NCBI GenBank assembly: GCA_937858895.1
Contig: CALLZN010000362.1
Span: 1 to 58,233, forward strand
Length of the DNA: 58,233 nucleotides
Reading direction: 5' to 3'
Source of the DNA: an uncultured bacterium
Lineage (GTDB): Bacteria; Planctomycetota; UBA1135; GCA-002748355
Numbering within the stretch: position 1 is the stretch's first letter; each line of letters begins with the position of its first letter. Positions 49,240-58,233 of this stretch are shown one piece after another. The notes below the pieces were generated by a model, which did not search any database, was not told the origin of the DNA, and was given only the letters and a program-made list of their open reading frames with translations. The position numbers were made by a program, and so were the translations under genes.

Positions 49240-50292
49240 ATGGCACGAATCCGAGAACGCATCGCCGGCACGCTGCTCCTGCTTCCACTCACTGCCTTTG
49301 GCGCGACCTTCCTGCTGGAGCGTTGCTCCTACTCCAACGAAGTCGCCGAACGCGGGATACGACCAGCTGCCTTCCAGCGAAGCTACCGAGCTCACGAGGG
49401 CTCCGGCTTGCTCGCAGCACACGCAGATCCGAGCACACTGCACTCGGAGGCAGCGCTCACCCTGCTTGCCCACGAGTCCATGATCGCGAGCGACGCTCGC
49501 GATCGGCAAGACGACGAGGACTGGCTGCGACGCAAGCTCGGCGAAGTCGGCGTCGTCTCGGTCGACGTCGCCATCCGCGCTCTTCCGGGCAGCACCCTCT
49601 CCCAACGTGTGCATGCTCTCCGCTGCATCGAGGGCGCGACCGTCTGCTTCCTGATCAGCGCCGAAGACCTCTGGCTCGATTCCTACCCGACGCGCACGGC
49701 CCGACTGCGGCACGCGAGCGATGGCGAAGGTAACGCAGTCATGCCCGCGGACGCGACGCCGCTTGCGCCGCGCGTGGAGACGCTGCCGGCTTGGCTCGTC
49801 TGGCTGCGCGCCCACACGCCGCTCTGGCGCTTGCAGGTAGACAGGATCGCAACTCTGCCGCAGTCGAACGGCTTCTTCCCCGACTGGCTAGCGCCGTGGC
49901 GCCGTGAAGGTGCCGCGGACGAAGCGACCCGCTACGCCGGGCTCGAAGCTGCGCTGCACGCGCTCGCCGTGCGCGCGCGCGACGAGCGCTGGCGCGTCCT
50001 CATCGCGCGTCTCCCGCTCGCCTTCGAAGTCCACAACCAAGGCCTCGTCGACCTCTTGGTCGAGCTCGGCCTCGACTTGAGCGACGTCGAGAGCCGCCGC
50101 TTCGAACGCCGCACGCGCGACGCCGTGACGAAGCACGGCCTCGCCTACCTCGACCTACGGCCGCCACTCGCCAAGGTCGAGGCAGGACTCACGGACACGC
50201 TGCACCCCATCGACCACTACCCCCTGTCCCAGCGCGACCGGCAACTCGTGCTTGCAGCGATCGCGAGCGAAGTGCGGCGTCTCTTCGACTGA
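49240..50292 (+). CDS. Hypothetical secreted/membrane-anchored protein (350 aa), possibly SGNH/DHHW-like (very tentative)
   Basis: The ATG at 49240 follows GAGGGGAG. N-terminal anchor is MARIRERIAGTLLLLPLTAFGATFLL. The C-terminal LTDTLHPIDHYPLS is reminiscent of a DxxH block. Only 21 nt separate it from the divergent Nudix gene. Confidence 0.55.
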   Translation: MARIRERIAGTLLLLPLTAFGATFLLERCSYSNEVAERGIRPAAFQRSYRAHEGSGLLAAHADPSTLHSEAALTLLAHESMIASDARDRQDDEDWLRRKLGEVGVVSVDVAIRALPGSTLSQRVHALRCIEGATVCFLISAEDLWLDSYPTRTARLRHASDGEGNAVMPADATPLAPRVETLPAWLVWLRAHTPLWRLQVDRIATLPQSNGFFPDWLAPWRREGAADEATRYAGLEAALHALAVRARDERWRVLIARLPLAFEVHNQGLVDLLVELGLDLSDVESRRFERRTRDAVTKHGLAYLDLRPPLAKVEAGLTDTLHPIDHYPLSQRDRQLVLAAIASEVRRLFD

Positions 50293-50318
50293 TGGTCTTC
50301 GACTGATGGCTCAGGCGC

Positions 50319-51008
50319 CTAGGCCTGGCATAAGCGTGGAACGAGACCCTTTAGGTCGACCTCGAGTTCGCGAAGGCGAGCGAGCTCGGCGAGGTAGCGC
50401 GCGCGCGGCCACTCGACGACGCCGAGGCTCGACAAGTGTGGGGTCATGAGCTGCACGTCGATCAGTTCGACGCCAGCTTGACGGAGGCTCGTGACGAGGG
50501 CGAGCAGGGCGATCTTCGACATGTCGGTCACCCGGTGGAACTTGCTCTCGGCGGCGAAGAGGGCGCCGCGTTGCACGCCATAGATGCCGCCGACCAGCGC
50601 GTCGTCGATCCAGACTTCGAGGCTGTGCGCGTGCCCCGCCTCGTGCAAGCTCGTGTAGCTATCGACCATGAGGGCGTGGATCCAGATCCCGTCGGGGCGA
50701 TCGAGACTGCACTCTTCCATGACGCGCCGAAAGCAGCGATTCCAAGTCAGGCGGAAGCGACCGCGGTCGACGACACGTCGCAAGCTGCGGGAAACATGCA
50801 TGGCGTCGATCGGCAGGACCGCACGCGGATCGGGCGACCACCAGAGCGGCAAGTCGTCTTCGCCGAACCACGGGAAGATGCCGCAGTCGTAGGCGAAGAG
50901 CACACGCTCCGGCGCGAGGTCGGCGCCGACCGCCACGACATCGTCGCTGCAGTGCAGCGGGTCGGGAAAGGCAAGGCTGCCGCCTGGCTCGAGGTAGGTG
51001 ATCGACAC
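50319..51008 (-). CDS. aat: Leucyl/phenylalanyl-tRNA--protein transferase
   Basis: ...LFAYDCGIFPWFGEDDLPLWWSPDPRAVL...HSLEVWIDDALVGGIYGVQRGALFAAESKFHRVTDMSKIAL... are classic Aat motifs. GTG start. Confidence 0.9.
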   Translation of the reverse strand: MSITYLEPGGSLAFPDPLHCSDDVVAVGADLAPERVLFAYDCGIFPWFGEDDLPLWWSPDPRAVLPIDAMHVSRSLRRVVDRGRFRLTWNRCFRRVMEECSLDRPDGIWIHALMVDSYTSLHEAGHAHSLEVWIDDALVGGIYGVQRGALFAAESKFHRVTDMSKIALLALVTSLRQAGVELIDVQLMTPHLSSLGVVEWPRARYLAELARLRELEVDLKGLVPRLCQA

Positions 51009-51065
51009 GTTCGCGAGTCTACCCGCCGCGGGCTAGGTCACCGAAGGGCAGCAGCCGGTTACTGC

Positions 51066-52016
51066 TCAGATCGAGACAGCTTCTTCGCGCAAGCGATCCT
51101 TGAGTCGCTGCAGGACGCGGGCGTGGATCTGACAGATGCGGGCAGGCGAAAGTCGGAGCTCGATGGCGACGTCACGCAGCTTCATACCTTGCAGGTAGTG
51201 CAGGTCGACGAGGCGCCACTCGGTCGCATTGCAGAGCTCCTCGACACGTCCGAGCAGCTCGCGGTGATAGAGCGATGTCAGCGGGTGGATGTCGCTGTCC
51301 GACCCTCGGCCGCGGGCACCGACCGCGATGATGGCGGCCCCGAGCTGTTCGACTTCGGCGTCCATCGCTGAAGCAAAGCCCGCCGACGGGTGCACGCCGA
51401 GGGGTGGGTAGCACTGACGGTAGACGCTGAGGCTGACGCCGATTTCGTCGGCGACCTCGTCCTCGAGCGGCTCGCGGCCGAGTTCTTGGCGCAAGACCTC
51501 GATGACCTCATCGCGCTGCGCGAGTCGGGAGCGCATGAGCCGTGGCAACCAATCCATGGCCCGCAGTTCGTCGACCATGGCGCCATAGACGCGCGTCTTG
51601 AGATAGGAAACGAAGCTGCGGCCCTTCTTTGGGTTGAAGGTCTCGAGGCAACGCAGCAGGCCGCCGTAGCCAGCGTTGCAAAGGTCGTCGACGTCGACGC
51701 TCCGCGGCAGTCGGGCGTAGAGCGCGCGCGCCACCTCGGCGACATCGGGCAGGTGCCGCTCGACGAGGGCGTCGCGCCACTCCGTGCGTCGCGTGCGCAT
51801 CCAGCGACGCAGCAAGTCTTCGGATGGCATGAGGAGCAAGTCCTCGGGATCGATCACGGCTTGGCGCGGCTTGAGGCCGCTCTTCGGCGCTGCCTTGCGC
51901 GATGCCGTGCCCTGGCTCAGGGGCTTCGCGCTGCGGCCACGAGGCTTCGCGCTGCGACGCAGCGCGGCCTTCGCCTTGGTCTTCGAATCGTGCTCTGCTT
52001 TCTTGGTCAGCGACAT
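51066..52016 (-). CDS. Sigma-70 family RNA polymerase sigma factor, FliA/WhiG (group 3)-like, with Lys/Arg-rich N-terminal extension
   Basis: Region 2: DLCNAGYGGLLRCLETFNPKKGRSFVSYLKTRVYGAMVDELRAMDWLPR. Region 3: LGREPLEDEVADEIGVS. Region 4 HTH: LHYLQGMKLRDVAIELRLSPARICQIHARVLQRL. GGGAGG lies 5 nt upstream of the ATG at 52016. Confidence 0.8.
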   Translation of the reverse strand: MSLTKKAEHDSKTKAKAALRRSAKPRGRSAKPLSQGTASRKAAPKSGLKPRQAVIDPEDLLLMPSEDLLRRWMRTRRTEWRDALVERHLPDVAEVARALYARLPRSVDVDDLCNAGYGGLLRCLETFNPKKGRSFVSYLKTRVYGAMVDELRAMDWLPRLMRSRLAQRDEVIEVLRQELGREPLEDEVADEIGVSLSVYRQCYPPLGVHPSAGFASAMDAEVEQLGAAIIAVGARGRGSDSDIHPLTSLYHRELLGRVEELCNATEWRLVDLHYLQGMKLRDVAIELRLSPARICQIHARVLQRLKDRLREEAVSI

Positions 52017-52092
52017 GGACCCCTCCCGTTGATCAACTGCCCTCGACGCTGTGTCTCTCGACGTCGTTGATGACCGCTGATCGATCGCCCGT

Positions 52093-52137
52093 TCGAACGA
52101 CTGTCCGTCGAACGATCTCCACTCGAACGATGGTCAG
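52093..52137. repeat. Three tandem 15-bp repeats, each starting TCGAACGA
   Basis: tcgaacgactgtccg (52093), tcgaacgatctccac (52108), tcgaacgatggtcag (52123). They lie 77-121 nt upstream of the sigma-factor ATG (52016, minus strand). Confidence 0.75.
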
Positions 52138-52290
52138 CACATCGATCGCCCATCGATGACTGCCAACGAATCGCGCACCGAAGTGCACGTCGAAGAATGA
52201 TCATTCGACAACGTGGTCCGTTCGGCAAGTCGGAGTCTACGCATTCGCAACGAAGCGACAACGAACTGCATGCGCGCTTCCTGCATGCAG

Positions 52291-52356
52291 CACGTCGACG
52301 TCACGTCGACGTCACGTCGTCATCGCGTCGACATCACGCGCTCATCACGCGACGCT
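52291..52356. repeat. Six degenerate tandem 11-bp repeats; the first two contain the perfect 10-bp palindrome ACGTCGACGT
   Basis: cacgtcgacgt, cacgtcgacgt, cacgtcgtcat, cgcgtcgacat, cacgcgctcat, cacgcgacgct (52291-52356). The 10-bp palindrome ctgcatgcag sits just upstream at 52281-52290, and a partner ctgcatgc at 52266-52273. Confidence 0.75.
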
Positions 52357-52371
52357 ACGAGCATCGCGACG

Positions 52372-52857
52372 TCATGCGTCGTCGAAGCGCTGCGCGATGC
52401 GATACCCGAGCGCATCGAGCACACGCTGCTCTGCGCGCTTCATCGCTGCTGCATCCTCGCTCTCGTGATCGTCGTAACCGAACAAGTGCAGCGTTCCGTG
52501 TGCGATGTAGAGCGCGCACTCTGCGTGCCACTCGTTGCCATGCTCGTGCGCTTGCCGACGCGCGTGCTCGACATCGACGACGACCTCACCGTCCGCGAAG
52601 TCGAAGCCGCCGTCCTCGTCCGACTCATCGCGCAACGCGAAGCTGATCACGTCGGTGACGTCCGGATCGCCGAGGTAGGCGAGGTGCAAGCGCGCGATCT
52701 CCGAGTCACCGCAAAAGTAGATCGAGATCGCGAGCCGACGTCCTTCGATGGCAAAGACCGCCTCGAGCACGGCGCGCGCGAAGCCCTGCGGATCGGCAGC
52801 GAGCTCGGGCGGCAGGACGATCCCGTCCTCGACCGCGACTTCGGGCCACTGGCTCAC
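52372..52857 (-). CDS. ybeY: rRNA maturation endoribonuclease YbeY
   Basis: [30 protein letters not shown] contains the HGxLHLxGYDH zinc motif. 161 aa. The GTG start overlaps the phoH stop (GTGA). Confidence 0.9.
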   Translation of the reverse strand: MSQWPEVAVEDGIVLPPELAADPQGFARAVLEAVFAIEGRRLAISIYFCGDSEIARLHLAYLGDPDVTDVISFALRDESDEDGGFDFADGEVVVDVEHARRQAHEHGNEWHAECALYIAHGTLHLFGYDDHESEDAAAMKRAEQRVLDALGYRIAQRFDDA

Positions 52858-53870
52858 GAGCGACGACCGCGCCCTTCTCGCACCGGGTTCGCCTCACGAT
52901 CCTCGGGCGAAGGCATGCGGTGCTGCGTCGATTCGTAAGCATCGACGATGCGTTGCACGATGCGGTGCCGCACGATGTCCAGGCGATCGAGGCGAACGAC
53001 CGTCAGGCCTTCGACGCCGTCGAGGCGGCGGATCGCGTCCGCGAGGCCCGAAGGCGTGCCGCGCGGCAGGTCGACTTGGGTGAGGTCTCCGGTCACGACG
53101 ACCTGCGAGCGTTCGCCCATGCGCGTCAAGAACATGCGCATCTGCGAGACGGTCGTGTTCTGCGCTTCGTCGAGAATGATGAAGGCGTCGTTGAGCGTGC
53201 GCCCGCGCATGAAGGCGAGCGGGCAGACCTCGATGACGTCGTTCTCGAGGTAGCGCTGCGTGAGGGCCGGATCGAGGATGTTGCCGAGCGCGTCGTAGAG
53301 CGGACGCAAGTACGGATTGACCTTGGCTTGAAAGTCGCCGGGCAAGAAGCCGAGCTTCTCGCCGGCTTCGACGGCCGGACGACAGAGCACGATCTTCTGG
53401 AAGCGACCATCACGCAGAGCCGCGACTGCGGCCGCGACCGCGAGGTAGGTCTTGCCGGTGCCAGCCGGGCCGACGGCGAAGCAGACGGTGTTCTTCTCGA
53501 GGGCGCGCAGGTAGTTGCGCTGTCCTTCGGTCCGCGCCGAAACGCCCGCGCGCTTGCCGACCGGCGTCGCCAGCGCGCGCTGTGTCGTCGCGCGCCCGCG
53601 CGCTTCGCCCTCCTCCTTGTCGTCGCCGCGCCCCCAGCGCTCGAAGTCGGCATGGGTCACGGGGTGGCCGCGTCGCAAGTTGCGCAGCGCGAGGTCGACG
53701 AGGAGGCGCGCGCGCGCGATCGCTTCTTCCTCCCCGAGCAGCTTGAGGACGTCGCCGCGCGCGACGAGTTGGACAGCGAACTCTTCCTCGAAGAGCTTCG
53801 CTGTGCGATCCAAGGGGCCGAGCAGCGTGCGCGTCTCGTCGTGGTTGCGTAGCCTGATTTCGATACTCAC
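52854..53870 (-). CDS. phoH: PhoH-family ATPase
   Basis: [19 protein letters not shown] Walker A, ...[12 protein letters not shown]... Walker B, ...[24 protein letters not shown].... Confidence 0.9.
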   Translation of the reverse strand: MSIEIRLRNHDETRTLLGPLDRTAKLFEEEFAVQLVARGDVLKLLGEEEAIARARLLVDLALRNLRRGHPVTHADFERWGRGDDKEEGEARGRATTQRALATPVGKRAGVSARTEGQRNYLRALEKNTVCFAVGPAGTGKTYLAVAAAVAALRDGRFQKIVLCRPAVEAGEKLGFLPGDFQAKVNPYLRPLYDALGNILDPALTQRYLENDVIEVCPLAFMRGRTLNDAFIILDEAQNTTVSQMRMFLTRMGERSQVVVTGDLTQVDLPRGTPSGLADAIRRLDGVEGLTVVRLDRLDIVRHRIVQRIVDAYESTQHRMPSPEDREANPVREGRGRRS

Positions 53871-54727
53871 GTGATGCGTACGATGACGAAGAAGAAGGCG
53901 GGCAGGGAGAAGAGCAAGGAGTCGACGAGGTCGAGCATGCCGCCATGCTCAGGCAAGAGGCGGGACGAGTCCTTGACCCCACAACGACGCTTGAGCAGCG
54001 ACTCGACGAGGTCGCCGAGCTGCGCCGTGAGGTTGACCAAGGCCGCCAGCAAGATGAGCGTCGAAACGTCGAGGACCACGAGGCGGTGCAAGAGCGGCGG
54101 CGCGACGAGCACACCGACGATGCACGCGAAGACGAGGCTACCGATGCAACCTTCGAGCGACTTGCCCGGGCTCACGTGCGGGATGAACTTGCGCCGCCCG
54201 ATCGCGATGCCGACGAAGTAGCCTCCGATATCGCCGCTCTTGGCGACGACGACGGCCCAGAAGAGCGCATCGATGCTGCGCAGGGCGAGGCCTTGCGCAA
54301 AGTAGAGCGGCCAAGCCACGAGAACGAACCCCAGCAAGTTCGCGCCAAGCTCCTCGAGCCCGCGCGCCATGCGCGTGCGCGTGAGCGCACGCACCGAACC
54401 GAAGCAGAGCAGCAGCGAGGTGACGATGACGAGCGGGTAGAGCTCGGTGTCGAGCTCGTGCCACGAATCGAAGAAGAAGGGCAGCGCATGCAACACGACC
54501 GCCGCGAAGAGCAAGAGGCGTCGGCCCACCGGAAAACCGGCGCCACGCATCATCGTCACATACTCGAAGACCGAGACCAGGGCGATGGCGAAGAGGAGCC
54601 CAGCCGCGGCGCGCCCCTGCGTCTGCGAGCGGTCGAGGACGAAGACCGTGACGAGCAGGGCAACCAAAGTCGGTCCGATGATGAGGCGCGTCCGAAGCGC
54701 GCGCCTGCCCGCGGCGTCGAGGGCCAT
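53867..54727 (-). CDS. cdsA: Phosphatidate cytidylyltransferase
   Basis: Polytopic membrane protein. The CDS signature region is [29 protein letters not shown]...[30 protein letters not shown]. Confidence 0.85.
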   Translation of the reverse strand: MALDAAGRRALRTRLIIGPTLVALLVTVFVLDRSQTQGRAAAGLLFAIALVSVFEYVTMMRGAGFPVGRRLLLFAAVVLHALPFFFDSWHELDTELYPLVIVTSLLLCFGSVRALTRTRMARGLEELGANLLGFVLVAWPLYFAQGLALRSIDALFWAVVVAKSGDIGGYFVGIAIGRRKFIPHVSPGKSLEGCIGSLVFACIVGVLVAPPLLHRLVVLDVSTLILLAALVNLTAQLGDLVESLLKRRCGVKDSSRLLPEHGGMLDLVDSLLFSLPAFFFVIVRIT

Positions 54728-55518
54728 CAGCGCCGGCTCGGCTCCGTCTCGTCGGCCGAACGGCTCTCGTACTCCTCGGCCTCTTCGTGCGAGATGCGTC
54801 CAAAACGACGATCCCGCTGCGCGTAGGCACGGAAGGCTCGGTGCAGCTCGGAGACGTCGAAGTCAGGCCAACAGGTGTCGGTCACGTAGAACTCGGAGTA
54901 GCTGATCTGCCAGAGCAAGAAGTTGCTGATCCGCATCTGCCCCGCGGTCCGAATCAAGAGGTCGGGGTCGGGTAGCTCGGGTCGATAGAGTCGCGAAGCG
55001 AACATGGCTTCGTCGATCGCGTCGACGTCGACTTCGCCGCGCAGCGCCGCGCGCGCGAGCTCGCGCGCCGCGTCGACGAGCTCTTGGCGACCACCGTACG
55101 AGAGCGCGAGGCAGAGCGTGAGACCGCCGTTGTCTGCTGTCATCGACTCGGTCTCGTGCAGCGTGCGGCGGATTTCCTGCGGCAGCGCTTCGATGCGACC
55201 GCAGTGCGTGAGCCGCACGTTGTTGTCCATCAGCGTCGCGCGCTCGGCGACCAGGAAGTCGCCGAGCGTCTTCATCAAGAAGTCGACCTCTTGGCGCGGC
55301 CGCGACCAGTTCTCGCTCGAGAAGGCGTAGAGGAAGAGCGCTTCGAGCCCGAGGCGCGCACACTCGGTCACCGTGGTGCGCACGGCGTCGACGCCCTTGC
55401 GATGCCCGCGGATGCGCAAGAAGCCGCGACGACGAGCCCAACGGCCATTCCCGTCCATGATCACGGCCACCGATCTAGGTAGCAGCTTGCGGTCGAGTTC
55501 GAGCGTCTCGTTCTTCAA
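54727..55518 (-). CDS. uppS: Isoprenyl transferase (undecaprenyl-diphosphate synthase)
   Basis: VAVIMDGNGRWARRRG, ...LFLYAFSSENWSRP..., ...LLIRTAGQMRISNFLLWQISYSEFY.... TTG start. Confidence 0.9.
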   Translation of the reverse strand: MKNETLELDRKLLPRSVAVIMDGNGRWARRRGFLRIRGHRKGVDAVRTTVTECARLGLEALFLYAFSSENWSRPRQEVDFLMKTLGDFLVAERATLMDNNVRLTHCGRIEALPQEIRRTLHETESMTADNGGLTLCLALSYGGRQELVDAARELARAALRGEVDVDAIDEAMFASRLYRPELPDPDLLIRTAGQMRISNFLLWQISYSEFYVTDTCWPDFDVSELHRAFRAYAQRDRRFGRISHEEAEEYESRSADETEPSRR

Positions 55519-55559
55519 AGGTCATCCAGAATAGTGGTGTCGCGCGCGTTCGTCGCTCA

Positions 55560-56855
55560 TCAGGACCTTGATGCAGGACTTTGATGCAGCACTTGTTCGC
55601 GCTCGGGGCCGATCGAAACGAGCGGAATCGGCACGTCGAGCAAGGCTTCGAGCTTACGGACATAGGCGCGCGCTGCACCTGGCAGCTCTTCGAAACTCGT
55701 GTGTGCGCTGATCTCTTCGGTGAAGCCGGGCAGGACTTCGTAGACGGGCTCGAACTCGTCGATGCGCGGATGACCGGCTGGCCAGTCGCGCACCACGACG
55801 TCGCCACGGCGGTAAGCGACCGCGATGTGGATCTCATCGAAGCCCGCGAGCACGTCGAGCATCGTCAGGTAGACAGCGTCGGCGCCGCTGACCTCGCAGG
55901 CGTAGCGCAGGGCAACGGCGTCGAGCCAACCGCAGCGCCGTGGCCGACCCGTCGTCGTGCCGTACTCACGTCCACGAGAGCGGATGCGTTCACCGAGCTC
56001 GTCATGAAGCTCCGTCGGGAAGGGCCCCTCGCCGACGCGCGTGGCGTAGGCTTTGGCGACGAGAATGACCTCGTCGATCGCGCGCGGCGACACGCCGGCC
56101 CCGCCACCGACCCCGCTCATGCCGACCGAAGTCGATGTCACGTAGGGGTAGGTCCCGAGGTCGACGTCGAGCATGAGGCCCTGCGCCCCCTCGAAGAGCA
56201 CGCGCTCGCCCTTCGCGAGCGCCGCGCGACAGACGAGGCCGGTGTCGGCCGCGGCGGCGAGCAGCGGCCTCGTGACCTCGAGCAGCTCATCGGTCAAGGC
56301 GTCGGGATCGATGGACGCTTGGCCCACCGCTTCGAGGAAGCGGTTCTTTTCGACCGCGGCCGCTCGGATGCGCGCTCGCAGTCGCTCCGGGTCCTCGAGG
56401 TCACCAAAGCGCAGGCCAGCGCGACTCGCGCGGTCCTGGTAGGCAGGACCGATACCGCGGCCTGTCGTGCCGATCTTGCCCGGCCCGCGCAGCTCCTCCA
56501 TGAGGGCGTCGATGCGGCGGTGCCACGGCAGGATCAAGTGAGCAGAACGGCTGATCTTGAGGTTGCGGCCCGCTTCGACCTCGATACCGCCCTGCTGCAC
56601 CTTGGCGATCTCTTGGACCAGGTGCCAGGGGTCGATGACGACGCCCGGGCCGATCAGGTTGACGACCGAAGTCCGGAAGATCCCCGACGGCAGCAGGTGG
56701 ACCGCGAACTTGCGCTCCCCGATGACGACGGTGTGTCCGGCGTTGTTGCCGCCGCTGAAACGCACGACGTAGTCGGCGTCGGCGGCGAGGCGGTCGATGA
56801 TCTTTCCTTTGCCTTCGTCACCCCACTGAGCGCCGAGGACACATCTCGCTGGCAT
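55560..56855 (-). CDS. purA: Adenylosuccinate synthase
   Basis: MPARCVLGAQWGDEGKGKIID, GGNNAGHTV, TTGRGIGPAY, EYGTTTGRPRRCGWLD. Start is the ATG at 56855. Confidence 0.9.
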   Translation of the reverse strand: MPARCVLGAQWGDEGKGKIIDRLAADADYVVRFSGGNNAGHTVVIGERKFAVHLLPSGIFRTSVVNLIGPGVVIDPWHLVQEIAKVQQGGIEVEAGRNLKISRSAHLILPWHRRIDALMEELRGPGKIGTTGRGIGPAYQDRASRAGLRFGDLEDPERLRARIRAAAVEKNRFLEAVGQASIDPDALTDELLEVTRPLLAAAADTGLVCRAALAKGERVLFEGAQGLMLDVDLGTYPYVTSTSVGMSGVGGGAGVSPRAIDEVILVAKAYATRVGEGPFPTELHDELGERIRSRGREYGTTTGRPRRCGWLDAVALRYACEVSGADAVYLTMLDVLAGFDEIHIAVAYRRGDVVVRDWPAGHPRIDEFEPVYEVLPGFTEEISAHTSFEELPGAARAYVRKLEALLDVPIPLVSIGPEREQVLHQSPASRS

Positions 56856-56992
56856 GGTATCTACTTGCTCGAAGCGCTGTGTGCGAAAGACGGCGCACGA
56901 TACGCAGCGCGCCATGGCAGCCCAGGAAGAAAATCAACGAGAGGCTCGAGGACGCCCTTGCCAGCGACGCGGACACGTATACGCTTCACCGG

Positions 56993-58204
56993 ATGAAGCA
57001 TCCACCCGTCGAAACAACCCTGCATTCCTACCTCGAGGAGCTGGTCCGTCAGCGGCGCATGAGCAGAGAGGCTGCGCGGACCTTCGAACACGAGTTCGCG
57101 ATCGGCCTGCGCTCGATCCACCGCTACCGCTACACGGCCGCGAGTGAGCTCTTCGCTGGCGATGGTGGCATCGAGGTCTTGCACGATGTCCTCGCAAACT
57201 TGCTCAGTGGCGAGATCGGCGCCGAGTCGGGCGACGTCTTGCGCGCGATGAGTCGAGCCGCCTACGACCTCTTCCGCCGCGGCCGCTTGGGGCGCAAGAG
57301 CACCGAGAGCGCGAGCGAAACGGAGCTGCGCGAGTCCGTCGAAGCTGCCAAGCGAGCAGCTCCTCAGGAAGTACCGGCGGCGTGGGACGAGCTCGACGCC
57401 GGGCTCACCACGCTCATCGACGAAGTCGATGCCCACGAACACCAAAAGCGGCGTGGCGGCGTCCACCTCGCGCGACTCGCGGGCACCATGCAAGTGACGC
57501 CACGCATGCTCCGACGTCGCCTCGACCAGATGGCGGCCATGCTCGGTCGTGACGAAGAGCGCAATGCCTTCTGGGTCGCCCGACTCGGTGAGGCCTTCGT
57601 CGCCCTCTTGCAGGACAAGCTCGAGGCCAGCGCTGCCGAGCTCGTCCCGAGCGCCCCCCTCGAGACGCGGAGCTGGGCGCGCGCGCGCGACATCCTCGCT
57701 CGGCTCAAGTACGTTTCGTTCTCCAGAGCGGCGCGCGCACCGATACGAGAAGCGCGCAGTGTCGTCATGCGACGCTGCGCCGACCTGCCGACTTTGCGTC
57801 GCATCGCCATCGGCCTCGGTGGCGACCCCTTCGCGATCGGCATCGTCGACGCCGAGCACGCGCTCATCGAGAACAGGGTCGACACCGCGCTCGAGCGCCT
57901 CGACGACGTCGAGGCAGTGGCTGGCTCCTCCGCAACGCGGCGGCAGATCCTGCTGCGCATCGCTCGGGCGCGCGGGCTCGCCGCCAAGAGTCGACTCGTC
58001 GAAGCGGCCGAGCAGCTCGAAGTCGTCGCGAGCGTGCAACGCGGCGACGCCATCCTCAGCTACAACCGCTTCGTACTCGCGCGACGCACCGCCAACTCGG
58101 CGCGAGAGCTGCGCAGTCGTCGCGACCTCGAGCAGCTCGTCGCCGGCGACGCGCAGCTGCGTCCGCTGCTGCGGCAGCGCATCCGCCGCGCGCTCGCGCA
58201 GTAG
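56993..58204 (+). CDS. Hypothetical all-helical protein (403 aa); start uncertain
   Basis: Coherent open frame divergent from purA, with no recognised motif. ATG at 56993 (MKHPPVETTLHSYLEELV...). Confidence 0.5.
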   Translation: MKHPPVETTLHSYLEELVRQRRMSREAARTFEHEFAIGLRSIHRYRYTAASELFAGDGGIEVLHDVLANLLSGEIGAESGDVLRAMSRAAYDLFRRGRLGRKSTESASETELRESVEAAKRAAPQEVPAAWDELDAGLTTLIDEVDAHEHQKRRGGVHLARLAGTMQVTPRMLRRRLDQMAAMLGRDEERNAFWVARLGEAFVALLQDKLEASAAELVPSAPLETRSWARARDILARLKYVSFSRAARAPIREARSVVMRRCADLPTLRRIAIGLGGDPFAIGIVDAEHALIENRVDTALERLDDVEAVAGSSATRRQILLRIARARGLAAKSRLVEAAEQLEVVASVQRGDAILSYNRFVLARRTANSARELRSRRDLEQLVAGDAQLRPLLRQRIRRALAQ

Positions 58205-58233
58205 CGCGAAGCTCGATGCCGTCGAGGTCGTGG

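Noticed and set aside
52291-52356. Tandem repeats considered as a CRISPR array.
   Set aside because: The units are 11 bp, contiguous and without spacers. No cas genes are present. No CRISPR-like array exists anywhere in the window.
1-58233. Mobile elements, integrases, tRNA/rRNA genes, prophage or defence-island hallmarks (restriction, Cas, abortive-infection ATPases).
   Set aside because: No transposase DDE/HUH motifs, tyrosine/serine recombinase motifs, cloverleaf-capable conserved tRNA arms or phage structural genes were recognised on either strand. The ParA-rich operon lacks nuclease or effector domains typical of defence systems.

Overview
58.2-kb, gene-dense, GC-rich chromosomal segment. 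My hand counts of two 100-nt samples give 77 G+C in the RHS core and 52 in its toxin tip. The organism looks diderm. The taxon cannot be fixed from sequence alone; lipobox lipoproteins, ELWxxDGT propellers, a giant beta-helix adhesin and RHS hint at a Myxococcota/Planctomycetota-like lifestyle (low confidence). I support 44 protein-coding loci. I found no rRNA, tRNA, CRISPR array, transposase or integrase.

Layout:
1. 1-15.4 kb: a giant (>2,700 aa) Ig/TSP3/beta-helix surface protein. It is translationally coupled (TGATG) to a ~2,200-aa lipoprotein-type RHS polymorphic toxin, which ends in a low-GC C-terminal tip with an overlapping candidate immunity gene.
2. 15.4-21.3 kb: a DUF1697 gene and two secreted proteins, one a 14-repeat ELWxxDGT propeller, that share a C-terminal module.
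3. 21.3-31.6 kb: mixed genes (GST, lipoprotein, decayed methyltransferase, fasciclin, GT-C membrane protein, OPT transporter, PQQ-like propeller, HAD).
4. 31.6-41.2 kb: the most unusual part. A minus-strand ten-gene operon with ATGA-overlapping junctions joins a phycobiliprotein-like globin, a ferredoxin-dependent-bilin-reductase-like protein and two V4R-like proteins to a pseudokinase, a canonical ParA/MinD ATPase, a 1164-aa protein with three tandem ParA domains carrying mutated catalytic motifs, and a GNAT.
5. 41.3-58.2 kb: housekeeping genes (IMPase, PBP4, MBL hydrolase, galE, Nudix, aat, FliA-like sigma, ybeY, phoH, cdsA, uppS, purA).

Three loci show apparent -1 frame breaks: the adhesin 5' end, the RHS core and the methyltransferase relic. 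All family assignments are by-eye motif recognition. No searches were run.
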